Shown here in pieces: positions 24,257-36,781 of a stretch of DNA of 64,000 nt; within the stretch, counting starts at the first letter, position 1, and the number at the start of each line of letters is the position of its first letter. The position numbers and the translations under genes are program-made. The DNA is from Polymyxa betae A26-41 (lineage: Eukaryota; Protista; Endomyxa: Phytomyxea): the NCBI GenBank assembly GCA_003693705.1, contig RBZT01000633.1, positions 124,001-188,000 on the forward strand. Reading direction: 5' to 3'. The notes below the pieces were generated by a model. That model was given only the letters and a program-made list of their open reading frames with translations, was not told where the DNA came from and did not search any database.

Positions 24257-25386
24257 ATGTCAAAGTTTCGTAAATCTACGTCAACTTTTCAACTTCTGCA
24301 ATCTGATTTTGAGGCCTTATCTCGGAAAATAACACAGCCTGATCTTAGCGATGATGAGTTGGAACAAGCAGATAAAACCGCCTCTGACCTGCATACGTAT
24401 AGCTCGATGTTTCCTTTATGGTTTCTCTCTGACTTTATTTCTAGACGATTGGAGGAACTGGTCTCAGCTGTTGAAGACCTGGTAAGGTTAGCGTCGGAAA
24501 CAGACCCGGATAGGAAAGTTTTCGGCGATTCAATGGTCGCCAAAGTCAAACAGCTTGCAGCTCAATTGGACGAGTTCAAAGATACGGCCTACAATGCGAT
24601 TCGCTCAGTTAAGGAGAGGTACCAACCGGTTTTAGATCGTAAACGCCAAGAAGAGGAAATGGCTCGTTGTAAGATACTTGAAGAAGTCGTTCTGTTCTTT
24701 TGGGACCAACGACGATTAACTTAACGATTTGTTCAGAAAGAGCTATTGGAGAATCAAAGACGATCGGCAGCAAAAGCCGAAGAGGAAAGGCTGAGACAGC
24801 TTGAAGAAACAGCTCGTCAAGAAAGGGCCATTAAGGCTGAGCAAGAAGCAGCGGCAAATGAAATGGAGCGAAAGTCCTATGAGATTGAACGCGATATCAG
24901 AAATGTTATCAAATCAGCAGCTGCCCAAGACGAGCAGCGTTTGGCCCAACGTCGCGAAGCTGCCAAAACGATGCCACTAGCCGAAGTGCTTGATATTATT
25001 GAAAGCAACAACTCGGGATCGGCTTATAAGAAAGCTGTTAAAGCTTTACAAGACATCGCCGATAATATCGTGGCGAATCCAGAAAACCCACAATTCAGGA
25101 CTATAAAGAAGGCGAATGCAAAAATACAAAGTGAGTTGCGAGGAGGCGTTGGTAGCTGCTAGTAACAATTTCCACAGGCGATTTGCTATCTGCTGATGGC
25201 GGCATCGAAGCGATGATATGTCTAGGATTCGTTGAGAAGGAAACCGATGGCTCGAGCTCGACGAAAGAGATGCTGCTGACCATGATCGAGCCTCCGGTTG
25301 AGGATTTCGATCAGTGGTCTGCCTGGTTCGATAGACTACAAAATAACCAGACGCTACTACAAACGGTATATAACGGATTATCATAA
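24257..25386 (+). CDS. Coiled-coil protein with C-terminal PUB domain, 4 exons
   Basis: AVKALQDIADNIVANPENPQFRTIKKANAKIQ..GGIEAMICLGFVE is PUB-like; preceded by an E/R/K-rich coiled coil. Confidence 0.8.
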
Positions 25387-26029
25387 TGATTTAAAGCAGA
25401 TGGTTTATTGATTATCATGAGAAGCAACAGAAATCTATAAAGATTATCACCGAAATGTTTGCCATTATGTAGCCCGAAAGAATTTCTAAATTCGTCGGGT
25501 TGTTCGACAGCAGTATCGCTCTAGGAACAATCTTCGGATCAAACAGCTATGGCTTCAGCTGCGATCCAGCCTTATGTGTTCCATGAAACGGTGAACTCAT
25601 AAAGACGACAAACCCATCATAACCCGACCTCAGTCTGATTGAGGTTTACACCAATCAAAGACGAACACGCAATGGTTCACTACGGATTGCAGACACGATG
25701 TTCGAAGAAGGAAGCGAGCTGTTTTATAGAACGGAAGAGCAGGACGACAATATGAAGTCATTAAGATGCTCGAAAGACAAATGAGGCTACGGACTTTTTA
25801 TATCCTCACTTATCAGACTGGTTTTTCTTTCAAGTTCTTAAAGTTGAGTTATAGAAAGAAGCAAAAGATTCGATTCTGGGTGAAATTTCGAATGTGAAAC
25901 CGTTCAACCATTTCAACTCTCAACAGAGGTCAAACTTCCGGATGCCGTCACAGGGACAAAGCTCAGGAGGTGTCCCTCATAACGAGGAAATTTGAATACG
26001 TATTTTGAGGATATCTGGCGCATGGGCGC

Positions 26030-26365
26030 ATGGCGGCCGTTTTGATCGATGCTGTGATAGCTCGCATTCTGGAGCGATTAGAATCTCCAGAGAGCGGCAC
26101 TTCAGGATTGCTAATCGCCTTCTTGATCGTTGCGATTTTATCGTCAGTTAAACGAGGAAAAAAATCCCTTATTTCAGCCTATTCCATTTGGCAGGTAAGT
26201 CGAAGATTCAATCGAATTTCGTATGCTGAAATTTGACAGCTAGTTCAATACATATTAGCCGGATTTCTGCTATTTGTTTACGTCAAAGACCCAATTGTTC
26301 GATCAAGGTTGTCGTACCATTTCTACGACATCGTTGACAGTATATGGCGGCTTCAGCAAGTTTAG
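26030..26365 (+). CDS. Small membrane protein of about 96 aa, 2 exons
   Basis: ATG, strong donor cag|gtaagt, in-frame second exon ending at TAG; two hydrophobic segments. Confidence 0.55.
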
Positions 26366-26519
26366 CAATCCCCATTGTATTCACCTGGATAATAAAATAA
26401 CGCTAGGGTGATGCTGTGTTTCTCTGAAGATCGGCCTCAGTTGTTTTGGCCTCTGCATGGACTAATCAGGGTTCTTGATATCCCATACAAATTGTACTAT
26501 TGTGTTAGATACGTAGTAA

Positions 26520-26612
26520 AGCCATGACGCAACCCTTCATTGCCATTAATTTAGCCTTGACGCGACCCTTCATTGCCATTAATTAAGCCATGACGCAGCC
26601 CTTCATTGCCAT
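26520..26612. repeat. 33-bp minisatellite, about 2.8 copies
   Basis: Unit agcc(a/t)tgacgc(a/g)(a/g)cccttcattgccattaatt(t/a). Confidence 0.9.
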
Positions 26613-26777
26613 AGTTGTCTCTCTATAACCAACCATGAAGAATGGACTGCGACTACGAAATGAATTGATAGCGAAGCTCCAGAACAGGATTTTTTGACAT
26701 CGTTAGCTACCACGTGCCAAATATCTTAGAGCGAAGCAGGAATCCGGGCTTACCGTTATGTGGCGTTTCCTCTGAAC

Positions 26778-28645
26778 ATGCTGTATGGTGTTTTCGTGTT
26801 GATCGCCGTTCTTCCATCGATCTATGGACTCCATTGTAGCCAGTTAATGATCCGGGATCTGCCAACAGAGATGGGGATATTAACAACTCTGAACTTATCA
26901 TATTCGGGACTTAATGACCACGATATGCTTGAATTATGTCGTTGTGAAAACAGTCATGAACAATTGTCAGCAGTTCAGCTGCTGGATTTAAAAGGCAACC
27001 AGCTCACTGGGCGATTCCTTTCAACTGCATTTTCATGCATGCGTGATGTCCAGTTCTTATTTCTGTCATCGAACCCAATCGTAGAGCTGGACGATTCGTT
27101 GTTCGACGGTGCACAGAATCTGCAGTATCTCGACATGAGCAGAGCGCCTATGAAGAAGCTGAGCTCTACTGCGCTTCATTCCATTTCGCGATCTCTGCAT
27201 TATTTGTATGCAAAGTTTTTGGTTTCTTGGGTTACTTAGACTATTGTAGGATTCTGGAGGAATCGCTATTAGAAAGTATCCCCGGCGATCTGTTTCTTGG
27301 CGAGTGGCCATTACAAAATTTGTATCGGACGAATCGAAAATCGATAAAACTTTTTCTTATAATTATCGGCAGGAGTTTAGCTGGAAATCGATACCTATCT
27401 GAACTACCCGGCGACATCTTCCAACATTTACCAAATCTACAATCGATGTATGAATTTCCTGATGTTCAAATCAATGCTTAGCTTTACCGCAGCAATGTTT
27501 CCGCAACTGCAATTCCATGCTGGCCACCATCAGGCAATCCTCACTTAAAACGATTTCCTTCTTCCATAGTCGATTGTCCAGCCAAAAGGAATGCGTCTAT
27601 TTATCTAGGCACTAATGATCCCGCTAGTATAGGAAAGCGGAGGCTTTTGTGGGCATCTGAGACGTTCTCAACTCAACGAGTTGTGTTTTGGTTAAACCTT
27701 GATTGCAGAACAATGACAGAGCCGGAGCAGTCAAAGACAATACTCGAGCTGATAACCGATATCTCCCATTCAGTTGGAGTTGACTCCAGCAGAATTGTCA
27801 ACGTGGAACTTGGACCGGGTCATCCAGGCACAACAACGGTCCAGCTCGATATTATTGAGGGAAGCTCGCCGACCTCAGAGCAGGCTGTCGCAACACTGAA
27901 GAACCAATCGTTGTCTGCAACCAGCGCTTTTCGGTTGAGCCCACGTTCTGATTGTAAATCTGAAACTGAGTGCTTTTTTAGAACCGGATTTGTGACCTCT
28001 TACTTCGACCCATCGCTGTTTCTCATCTCGATACCTGCCCAGGTTCGGTCATGCTCATCAACATTATATGTTGATATAACTGAATCCTGCCAAACGCTGG
28101 TGCAATCCAGTTCTTTCTACTCGCTCAGGTAAGCGTTTACACGAAATCCGACCGGAGCTTGATGATTTTGCAGTAATATCTGGATATATGTTATTGTTGG
28201 TGTGTCACTCCTTGTCATGATTATATCCATATGCTTCGTTCGAATCTCAGCCCGATACCGAGCTAAAACGCGATTGCGAGCAGCGATGACAGATGTTATC
28301 AATCTTTCAATAGAAAGAGATTTCGCCTTGCCGCCATCAATTCAGCTTTATATGGCTCCATCTCCTTCGGTGGCACCAGCAGACAAACCCTATGTGGCGT
28401 TATCGCCTTCGGTTCCGTCGATACCATCAGAACCAGATTTATCACCTGTAGCAAAGGCACAGGACTTCGAATTTGGGAGAGATTATTACCAACCGAGCGA
28501 GGCGAGAATAAATAGTTCCAGGACGCAATCGTCAGTTACGCTGGTGAAGAGACCTGGATTGAATGCTATTCGAAGCAAACGAATGCTTCTTCTAACAAGT
28601 CCTGAAGGTGATGAATCAATGCCTGATACAGATGCCGAGTTTTAG
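26778..28645 (+). CDS. Type I membrane LRR protein, multi-exon
   Basis: Signal peptide, LxxLxLxxN repeats (LDLKGNQL, LFLSSNPI, LQYLDMS, LAGNRYL), one TM (IWIYVIVGVSLLVMIISICFV), Pro/Ser-rich tail. Confidence 0.8.
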
Positions 28646-28798
28646 TCTAGCATTTGGAAATCCATTTTCGCTTTCATGGCTATATGTCTTCAATAAAGTT
28701 TGGTCAATATAGGGGGGTTCCCTTCATAAGTGCATTGAAGAATCGAATTAAAATTGCAATTGAAGTCAATTAAACGGAGAGTGCGAAGTTCCAATTGA

Positions 28799-29877
28799 AT
28801 GCTCTCTCTGCATTTGCGCAGATTGTTGCTCAATTTGCCTGGCGAAATGAACCTTGGTGGATTTTTGCTTATCAACAAACCTGCTGGCGTGCTTTCGTAT
28901 TCCGTTGTACGAAGGTCTGAGTATCCAGCCAATAGGGAAAAACGATATATTCACCCTAGTTGCAGGGTGAAATCGATTCTCCAACGGCAGCTGAACTCGT
29001 CAAATGCCAAAGTCGGTCATGGCGGAACTCTGGATGCCTTCGCCGATGGTCGAACCATCCGTCTCAACTTACAAACCCAGCCATTAATTAGCGAATAGGT
29101 CTACTGATCGTCGGGATTGGGCCTGCCTGCAAACATCTCACCGCAATCCTAAAGGGATCAAAACGGTATGCTGTCGTTGGCCAGCTCGGCACCGAAACCG
29201 ATACACTCGATCCAGCCGGCACCATCACCAACATGAACAGTTTCGGTACGATACGGTGTGCTTGGAGTCTTTACACGCAGCTCAATGACCATCTGGTCAG
29301 ATCACATCGACAGAGAGAGAGTTATAGAGACACTGCCCAAGTTTGTAGGAGAGATCCTTCAGACTCCGCCTTTGTAAGACCCCATTATTACCCCATCACC
29401 CTACCCTATAATCGCTCTTGACACTTTAGGTATTCTGCTATCAAGATCGGCGGCCAACGGGCCAGCGATCGTATTCGTAGAGGAGAGGCGATCGCCATCC
29501 AATGTCGCCCTGTCACTGTTTATAACCTGCAATTAACAGGATTTCGACCGCCCGTCTTTAGTCTTGGTTTGCTTCTGTAAGCCCCTGGCTAACCAGCACT
29601 AACCTGATAACAGATATCCATTGCAGCTCGGGGTTCTACGTTCGTAGTCTGGTTTGCACGTCCGGATTGGTATTCTCTCGTTTGCTGATTGTTGTAGGTT
29701 AGGGATCTGGCTCAGGCTCTGGGCTCTTGCGCCCATGCAACTGCCTTAACCAGGACACAAAACGGTCCATTTTCATTGGCAGATTCGCGAGTCATTCAAT
29801 GGGATGATTTGAGTCCAGAATCGTTGATGAAATGTTTAGTCCCGTTTGAACAAACGAAACAAATCATCACGAGATGA
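28799..29877 (+). CDS. TRUB1: tRNA pseudouridine synthase TruB/Pus4-like, multi-exon
   Basis: INKPAG..SYSVV, KVGHGGTLDAFADG, GTETDTLD, QTPPLYSAIK, CSSGFYVRSLVRDL. Confidence 0.9.
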
Positions 29878-29904
29878 CAACCCTTTAATGAAGAACTAAA
29901 ATTA

Positions 29905-30629
29905 TCAGGCTTCATTCATAGCGGACTGTGATTCAAGACTTTGCCCTCCGGTGATGGAGGCGAAAGTATATTGATGATGAGGCAGGTGAGGAAGCAGCTC
30001 GGGCGGGATATCGATGTTCCGATTATGAGCCACGTCACCAATATCCATGTTTCTGATGTCAATCGTGATCTTTTGTGGGATGTTTTCATCACCCGCCCAC
30101 CAGCATTTGTAATAATCCTGATTGTAAGATAGAAGACCGCCTCGCTTAATACCCATACAGACTTCTTGGTTCTCTAAAAGCACGGGCACCTGGATCAAAT
30201 ATTTCTTGAAAGGTTCGAACTTCATAAAGGTCACGTTCACCTACAATAAACACCATTGTGAGCATTGCGTTCAGTAATAAATTTGCTTCAAGGTTTTTAG
30301 AAACGAACAAGAAAAAAAAAACAGAATTTTGAAGCTGATTTTACCGTGTTATGATAGTACATGTAATGGCGTTGATGGCATCGAGGGATCACACGGAATG
30401 TTCCTTTGCCTTCAACATTGATATCATAGACTGTGTTCCAGAACCAAGGCGTTCGTCGAACACGTGCGATATCGCGATGATCGAACGTCACCAGAAGTTT
30501 ATCGTCCGGACGACGGCCGTGAATGATGGCAGGGACTCGGCCTTGTCCACGAAGAGCACGTGCGACATGAGTCCCGGCAGCAGTACGACCCACAGCTTGC
30601 AGGATGGGGATCTCCCGTTTCGATGTCAT
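29905..30629 (-). CDS. Ribosomal protein bL25/CTC-like (5S rRNA-binding), probably mitochondrial, 2 exons
   Basis: R..AG..VARALRGQGRVPAIIHG (L25 domain) plus VPVLLENQEVCMGIKRGG..IPQKITIDI..MDIGD (TL5 C-domain). Confidence 0.82.
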
Positions 30630-30832
30630 CGTGATAAGCGGATTATGTCGGAATGACGGTAAAGGTCACCTCATGAGCAGAGGTGCGTTTCGCAGTTCTA
30701 TGAGATGGCTCTCATATCTTCTTCATATTGAAACAGTGATGTTTGCTGATCTTAACAAAACGGAGGGAATGGTGGATAACTCTGCACTAGTTTGGAACCT
30801 TATTCGCTATGGAAAAGTTGAACCTTTTTTCA

Positions 30833-31791
30833 TTAAAATTTGGGTTTCCGTCTTCTGCATGTATATTTGGAATCACCAGCGACCTTATATCCCTTCTGTC
30901 GCATTGAATCCTTCTTCTTCTGTACCCATTCGCGATCCTTTACAGCTTTGCCTTTCTTGGAGCGCGATCGCTTCAACGTCCCGCTGGCTGTGAACTCGAT
31001 CGTGTTCTTCTTTTTCATGGCGTGCTCATTGCTCAGCCCTTGAGGCATCTCGCTGGGCGTCCCGGCGAACAGCACCAAGAAATACTTCTTCGCTTTCGTA
31101 CTGTTCGGGTAATCGACGACGACGCCACCGCCGAAACCGACTTGCAAGGCGCTGGTTGTGATCAACTCCAGCGATTCGGCTGATTCGGGATAAAATTGGA
31201 ACACCGCTCGAGCGCCTTTCTAGAACAGAAGACTTAGTTACCGAGCAAATGAAAACGTGAAAGTGATCTTAAACAAAACCTAAACCTTGTTTACCTTCAA
31301 GCAATTATACAGCGATTGAAAGAATCGAACGAGACGCTGCTTCGGATTATGGCACGATTTATCGGCATTGCAAAGCCATTGCAGGACAGAGACAGATATG
31401 GCGGCATCGAATGTAGCTGGGCGGTAATACAGGCCCTGGCCGATATCGGACAGGAACAGGTCGCCTTCCACCTCACGCGCTAAAGCTATCTGGAGCATTG
31501 ATGGGGCGATATCACATCCGACCCAGATGTGACCATGATGGGTGAGAACCTCGCCGGATAGGCCTGAGCCACAGCCGAGATCGAGGACGTACGATGAGCG
31601 CCTCGGCGGCAGGTTCAGCAGCTCGATAGCGCGATCGGTCATGGCGCTCTGAATATCGATGATACGCGTGCTGAGCAGAGATTATTCGGCGGCGGCCAAT
31701 GAGAACGATGGACTTACTTAGCAGCATACTTCTTGGATTCATCATCGTTATAAAAGATCTCTGGCGGGTTCAGATGTTCTGGGCGACTCAT
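30833..31791 (-). CDS. BUD23: 18S rRNA m7G methyltransferase BUD23/WBSCR22, 3 exons
   Basis: MSRPEHLNPPE, LDLGCGSGLSG, SVLQWLCNAD, GGVVVDYPNSTKAKKYFL, YTCRRRKPKF. Confidence 0.95.
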
Positions 31792-32039
31792 TGCAGAGCT
31801 GAAATTTCGAAATTTTGGAAAAAATCTGCAAAACTGCGCAACCCGCGATCACGCGCAGCTTTTTTTGCGTTCAGATTTTCAGCTCATATCGACCATATGG
31901 CAACATCGACTTAATAAAAGGATTCGTATTCTATTGTCTTTATTGTCTAATGGCGAATTAGGTTAAACATTGTTTGACAGCCAAATGGCTCGACAATCAG
32001 ATGCGGGTTGCCTTATATCAAATTTAGTTAACAGATGGT

Positions 32040-32977
32040 TTACTTTTTTATGGTTTTTGATGGTTTGGTTTTAGAACCCTTTTTGGTTGCAGGTTTTTTG
32101 GCACCCTGTTTCTTTGAGATTTTTGAGAAAGCGTCGGTCGGTGCCAGCGTCCCTGCTTCAATGAGCGCAGCGATGTGCTTGATGGTCGTGGCTCGGCTAG
32201 AGTTGACGTAATGCATGATCTTGGAAATTTGACCTTGATGCTGCTTGTACGCCTTAACGATCAGTTTGGAATCCTGGCAAACAATTAATACTTCGAAAAG
32301 CCAACACAAGTGTATTAGAAAGCAAAACCAAATCGCCTATAAACGAAAAGACTGAATATTCATGTGAAGCGCTTTAAAATAAAGCTGTAAATAATAATGG
32401 ACCTGTTCGCTGATATTGTCACGAGCTTCTTTAATAGCATCCTGAACAGTCTGACTATCAACCTGTCTGACACGTTCAAAGATGGCCCGAGCTACGCCCA
32501 ACAGCTCATCGGTCGACATGTTCTCGTCGATTCGAATATCACCATCGTCGACATCGCCTTCGCGATCATAGACGGCCCGTTTTTCAGGATCGGATAGGAT
32601 GCTGTAAGCTCGCGATAGCTCCTATCAAACATCACCAACCACATCACCGGTTTCACTGGGGATTCTTACCTGAAACCGAGCGCAAGCTTCAAGCGATGGA
32701 TCCTGCAATCAATTAGTATAAAGTACTTCAGCAATGCTGTTTGCTAGATAAATTTAAAAGAAATTTAGCAGGTTATATGTTAATACCGAATATGAAAGAA
32801 TCGCAAAAAATAGCATTTGTGGACCTTATCAGGGTGAACGAGCAGAGCTTTGCTGTAATAGGCCTTCTTCAATACAGCGGCTGAAAGGTCAGCTGTCGGG
32901 TCGACGCCAAGCAAGTCGTAGAGAGAAGCCGACACAGGTGCCGGGACCGGTGCCGCTTTCTTCCTGTTCAGCACCAT
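32040..32977 (-). CDS. J-domain protein (DNAJC9-like), multi-exon
   Basis: LYDLLGV..KKAYYSKALLVHPDK..RFQELSRAYSILSDPEKRAVYD; Lys-rich tail. Confidence 0.85.
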
Positions 32978-33304
32978 CTATTGTCTATAATGCGCCTTCT
33001 TGTCTCAGATGGCGTTCAAATGTCGTCTTTCGTAATATAGAAGCAACTCTTCATATATAAGCTAATTACGCATCTGACAGCCCATACTGACTTCTCAGTA
33101 TTTAAAAGACGAATATGTATTTTTGAAACAAACTTTCTCATGATATCAGAATGAGATTAGGAAGTCGCCCAGGTGAGCGGACTGAACGAAATGGTTCCGC
33201 TCCTTGTGTGACGAGATGAAATTTTGAGCAACCATGCCACGAAACAGGTGTTGGGAAGTGTCACTGAAGTTAGATTTTAGCTGGACATTCAACAATCAAC
33301 AGTA

Positions 33305-33931
33305 ATGGAGGGGGCCAGATTGAACGAGACAGATCCGAAGGAAAACTCGACGCCGCCGACAGAAGATGCTCCGAAATTCGGCAGAAGGCAGCATCGACAG
33401 GTCTCCAGCATTGAAGCGTCGGACGCACAACCAAAAGAGGCCCAAGGTAAGGTTGTGCCAGACGATAGCCTAACTAATTCGAATTAGAAGCAGCGAAGGC
33501 GGCTCCGACTCAAGAGAAATGGGTCGATGATATTGTAGCTGATGTTGATGCCATTCCTGAGATGGCAGATGCCAATGTTGGATTACGTCATAGCATCCAG
33601 CAATCTCTCAAAATTCGTGTAGGACAATAATGCGATAGCTAATTTGTTGTCCTCCACGCCGACGTTCAAGACAACCAATAGCATCCAATCGCTGAAGGAA
33701 CTGGACGGCGAGATCGGGTTGCAGTTAAGCGCGAACGTACAGAGATAATCGTGTTAGATGTCGCTTGGATTGAATGATGCATAGTCTGAAGGAATCGATC
33801 TTTCGTTGCTGACCCGGGTGATGTTCCCTCACGAACTACTCGTTGAACCTGACGTAGCTTGGAAGATGGATCTTCTAATGTCGGAAATAGCATCGGAGGC
33901 TCAGATTAAAAAGGATAGCCGATTAAAATAA
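33305..33931 (+). CDS. IFT43: Intraflagellar transport protein 43, multi-exon (not resolved by the ORF track)
   Basis: Spliced C-terminus IQSLKELD..EGIDLSLLTRVMFPHELLVEPDVAWKMDLLMSEIASE matches the IFT43 core (DGIDLKLLTKVL.P...V.EDD..W..D.L..EV.SE). Confidence 0.8.
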
Positions 33932-33994
33932 TTGTTTTGGACATTGGGAGCAATTATTATGTATACATACAACTAGGAGGAAACCAATCAATAG

Positions 33995-34549
33995 TTAGAT
34001 GCCAGGAACAGCACAGAATCTCAAGAATACATCTGATGATGCTGCTTGTTCGATCCGTAGAAGCTTGTTCAGATAATATTCGAGGAGAATCCGCCGATGC
34101 TCCACGAAGACAGGGTCGGTGTGGTCGTGCAGGACTCGTGACTTCCTGGCAGGTGGCGCAATCGGAAGTCGTTGCAGAACTATCACATCGAAGATCAGCA
34201 AGCAATAGGCCGAAATAAACAATATCAAACTCACCGAATGGCGCATATACGGAAAGCTCCTGGCGAAGGTTCTTCATCATGATATGAAAATCGGTGAAGC
34301 GTTTCAACGAGACCCAGTGCGAATGAAGATGCTGGGAATCGGGATCTCGTGTCGAGCTGCAATGGATCTAGCAGTGAATAATTAGTATAGGATAAACGCA
34401 GTTGAGGATGCTGCGACCTGATACAGGACATGATCCGACATGATTTTCGCCTGAGGGATGGCAATTTGGCGAATTTCTTGCCCATCTGGAAACTGGTACT
34501 CGTCATTATCCAGCGCTTTCAGCATCTCCGAGCTTCCTTCTCCGGTCAT
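33995..34549 (-). CDS. Small PX-domain-only protein, 3 exons
   Basis: HVLYQI..WVSLKRFTDF..LPIAPPARK..FVEHRRILLEYYLNKLL..SDVFLRF. Confidence 0.8.
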
Positions 34550-36781
34550 GTTGCCGCATTTATCGCTGCTGCAAAAATGTGAGAAAATTGCAATGCATTT
34601 CTCGGTTTTCAGTACCTAAGGAAATTAAGCAGCAGCGTGCTTTTCTTGACAGCATGTGAACATAGGCAACGTGTTAAATAATATTCAAGTAAGATGCGAC
34701 GCTCCTCAAGGAATTCAGGAGACTGCCCTAGAAATCTATACATATCAGAAATGCCAATATAAGGCTACACGTTGACTTTTCACTTAAGGCGTTTTGAAGG
34801 AAGTGCCGATACCTCGGCAATCGGAAGGTGCGATTTAATCTGTTTATCGAGATCTTCGAACTGGCTAAATCGCTTCAGAACAAGATATGGCCGTCCAGAG
34901 CACGGCTTAACCAGAATCTATGGATAATTCGTCACTACTACAGCAACAGCAACCCAGGTCCAGTTACTTTAAAGAATATCGTCTTGCGAGGCGGCAACAC
35001 CTCATATGCAGGAATCGTGGCCTTAGCAACGGCGAAAGCGCCGGGATTCCGGCAATCGTCGCCGGTGCTGGACATGACGACCCCTTCGACTTACGAATAA
35101 GACGTTAGCAGGGGATAGATAGTGACCAAATAGGAACTGAACGCAGCCTCAGACTCAGTAACAAAGCAATCTAGGGTTTGTAAAGCACGCTGACCATGAA
35201 GTAGCTGGACATAGAGGGGGCCACTGTACACACGGGACCAACATGCTACGGGGGTGCACTGCCCACAGGACCGAGCGAGCCGCTCTGGAAAATGCGTTTC
35301 CTGCACGCCCCATCATCCCATGCAGAACACAATGTGTTTGTTAGGTAAGTATGTACCCAGTCATTCGCATACGTAGTTGCAATCAGACCGTCAAAACGAG
35401 TATGTCAGTACTAATGCCGTCAAGAACGATAGATTCTGCATTCACATTTGCACCAACTTGTGGAGCTTTGTATGGCGGATGCAGAACATGAAAGATTCAT
35501 TATTAACCTCGTGTGACCTGCTTCGATTTGTTTCTCACATGCATTCCTGTGCATCCAAGTTCTTTTGCGATTACTATGTCGAACCACGTTCGAATCAACG
35601 TACATTTCGTTACCAATCAGCAATCACTTCTCAGCCATCATTAAGCACTTTTACAAAAATCTAGCATTTCCTCCCAAAAAAATGAGACTACAGTACTACA
35701 GCGTGCAATCTTTCCATTCTCAGTTTGAAGAACCGCAACAAACCCATGTGAGTTCTTGCTGTAAAAAATTAAATCGTCCTGATTGTATTGTTACGCAACC
35801 GGCGGATGGACGGTGAATGGGTAGATGAAGCAGTTGGGTTTTGCCAGTATCATTCAGTACATACATATTCAAACCGGGATTAACGGAGCGCTTTACAACT
35901 ATAGCGATCGACGTGCGTTGCAATCGGGCAAATGTAGCTGCTTTTTCAATTTTGACTCAGCACCAACTGATCCCAACGTTCTTCACGGCGACGAGCTTCC
36001 CGCAGACCTTTCCGAGGCTCTTGCCGCTGAGCCAGTATGTTCCGCTGCCTGCTATCTACCGAGTAGGTAAACATTGCACACGTAATGACAGAGGCGATAA
36101 GAGCTTCAGATAATACGATGATTATGAAAGGTAATGGTCGAGTTGAATTCTTTGATTGTGAACAGACGGAAGTCTTGGTTTGCATCCCGATTGTGGTTGG
36201 GCCTGGCGCGCTTGCTCTTGGAGAGGATATCCCGCTAACGGCGATCTATTAGGCAGTCGTTAGGGCATGCCACGACATCACGATAAGGACTGCGAACAGC
36301 ACAGCAAAACGAACGGAAACTTTCGATTTTTTATTACTGTTCACTGGTTATCATAAAGAAGAAAACCTTGTCTGCTCTATGATGCAATTCTCACGACCTG
36401 CACGTGATATTGTGACAGCATTATATTGAGGCTGCGGTGGCAGTATGCGACAAGCTTTACATCCAAGAATCAACGCAACGAGAACTCGAAAGTCGAGAAT
36501 CGAAACATGGTGGAGCGGCCGCCTTCCTCCGTTCGCGAATACCGCAAGCTGGGTGCTATTCTTCATTATGATGGATTAACGGTTGATCGATCGGTTCACT
36601 GAAAAGGACAAAGCTCAACAACACCTTGCGGCAGTTTTGGATTCCAGGGAAGTTATCCGAAAATTGCGGTAGAAAAAATAGAAAAAAAAATCGCCGAAAA
36701 TTGCTCGAGTTAGCGAATTGCGCGAACGCAGTCCTTCTCTTGTTTGTTGCGCATAGAGCAGAGAGAAATCCTCGCCCGACG

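Noticed and set aside
26520-26612. CRISPR-like array
   Set aside because: The units are contiguous with no unique spacers, there are no cas genes, and the context is eukaryotic.
27595-27627. 33-nt mini-intron in the LRR gene
   Set aside because: The segment is in frame with no stop codon, so no intron needs to be invoked.
32270-32830. Hidden microexons or recursive splicing in the two 120-130 nt DnaJ introns
   Set aside because: Direct joins already give an in-frame, sensible protein; the internal AG..GT candidates I tried would frameshift.
35190-35352. U1 snRNA on the minus strand (starts ATACTTACCT; later AGTGCAC)
   Set aside because: No stem-loop I GAUCAC/GAAG loop, no AUUGCAC and no properly placed Sm site. 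It is more simply a consensus splice-donor-like sequence on the plus strand.
36626-36781. N-terminal extension of RPB5 in the ORF track
   Set aside because: It begins at TTG and runs through A-rich promoter sequence; homology starts at ATG 36782.
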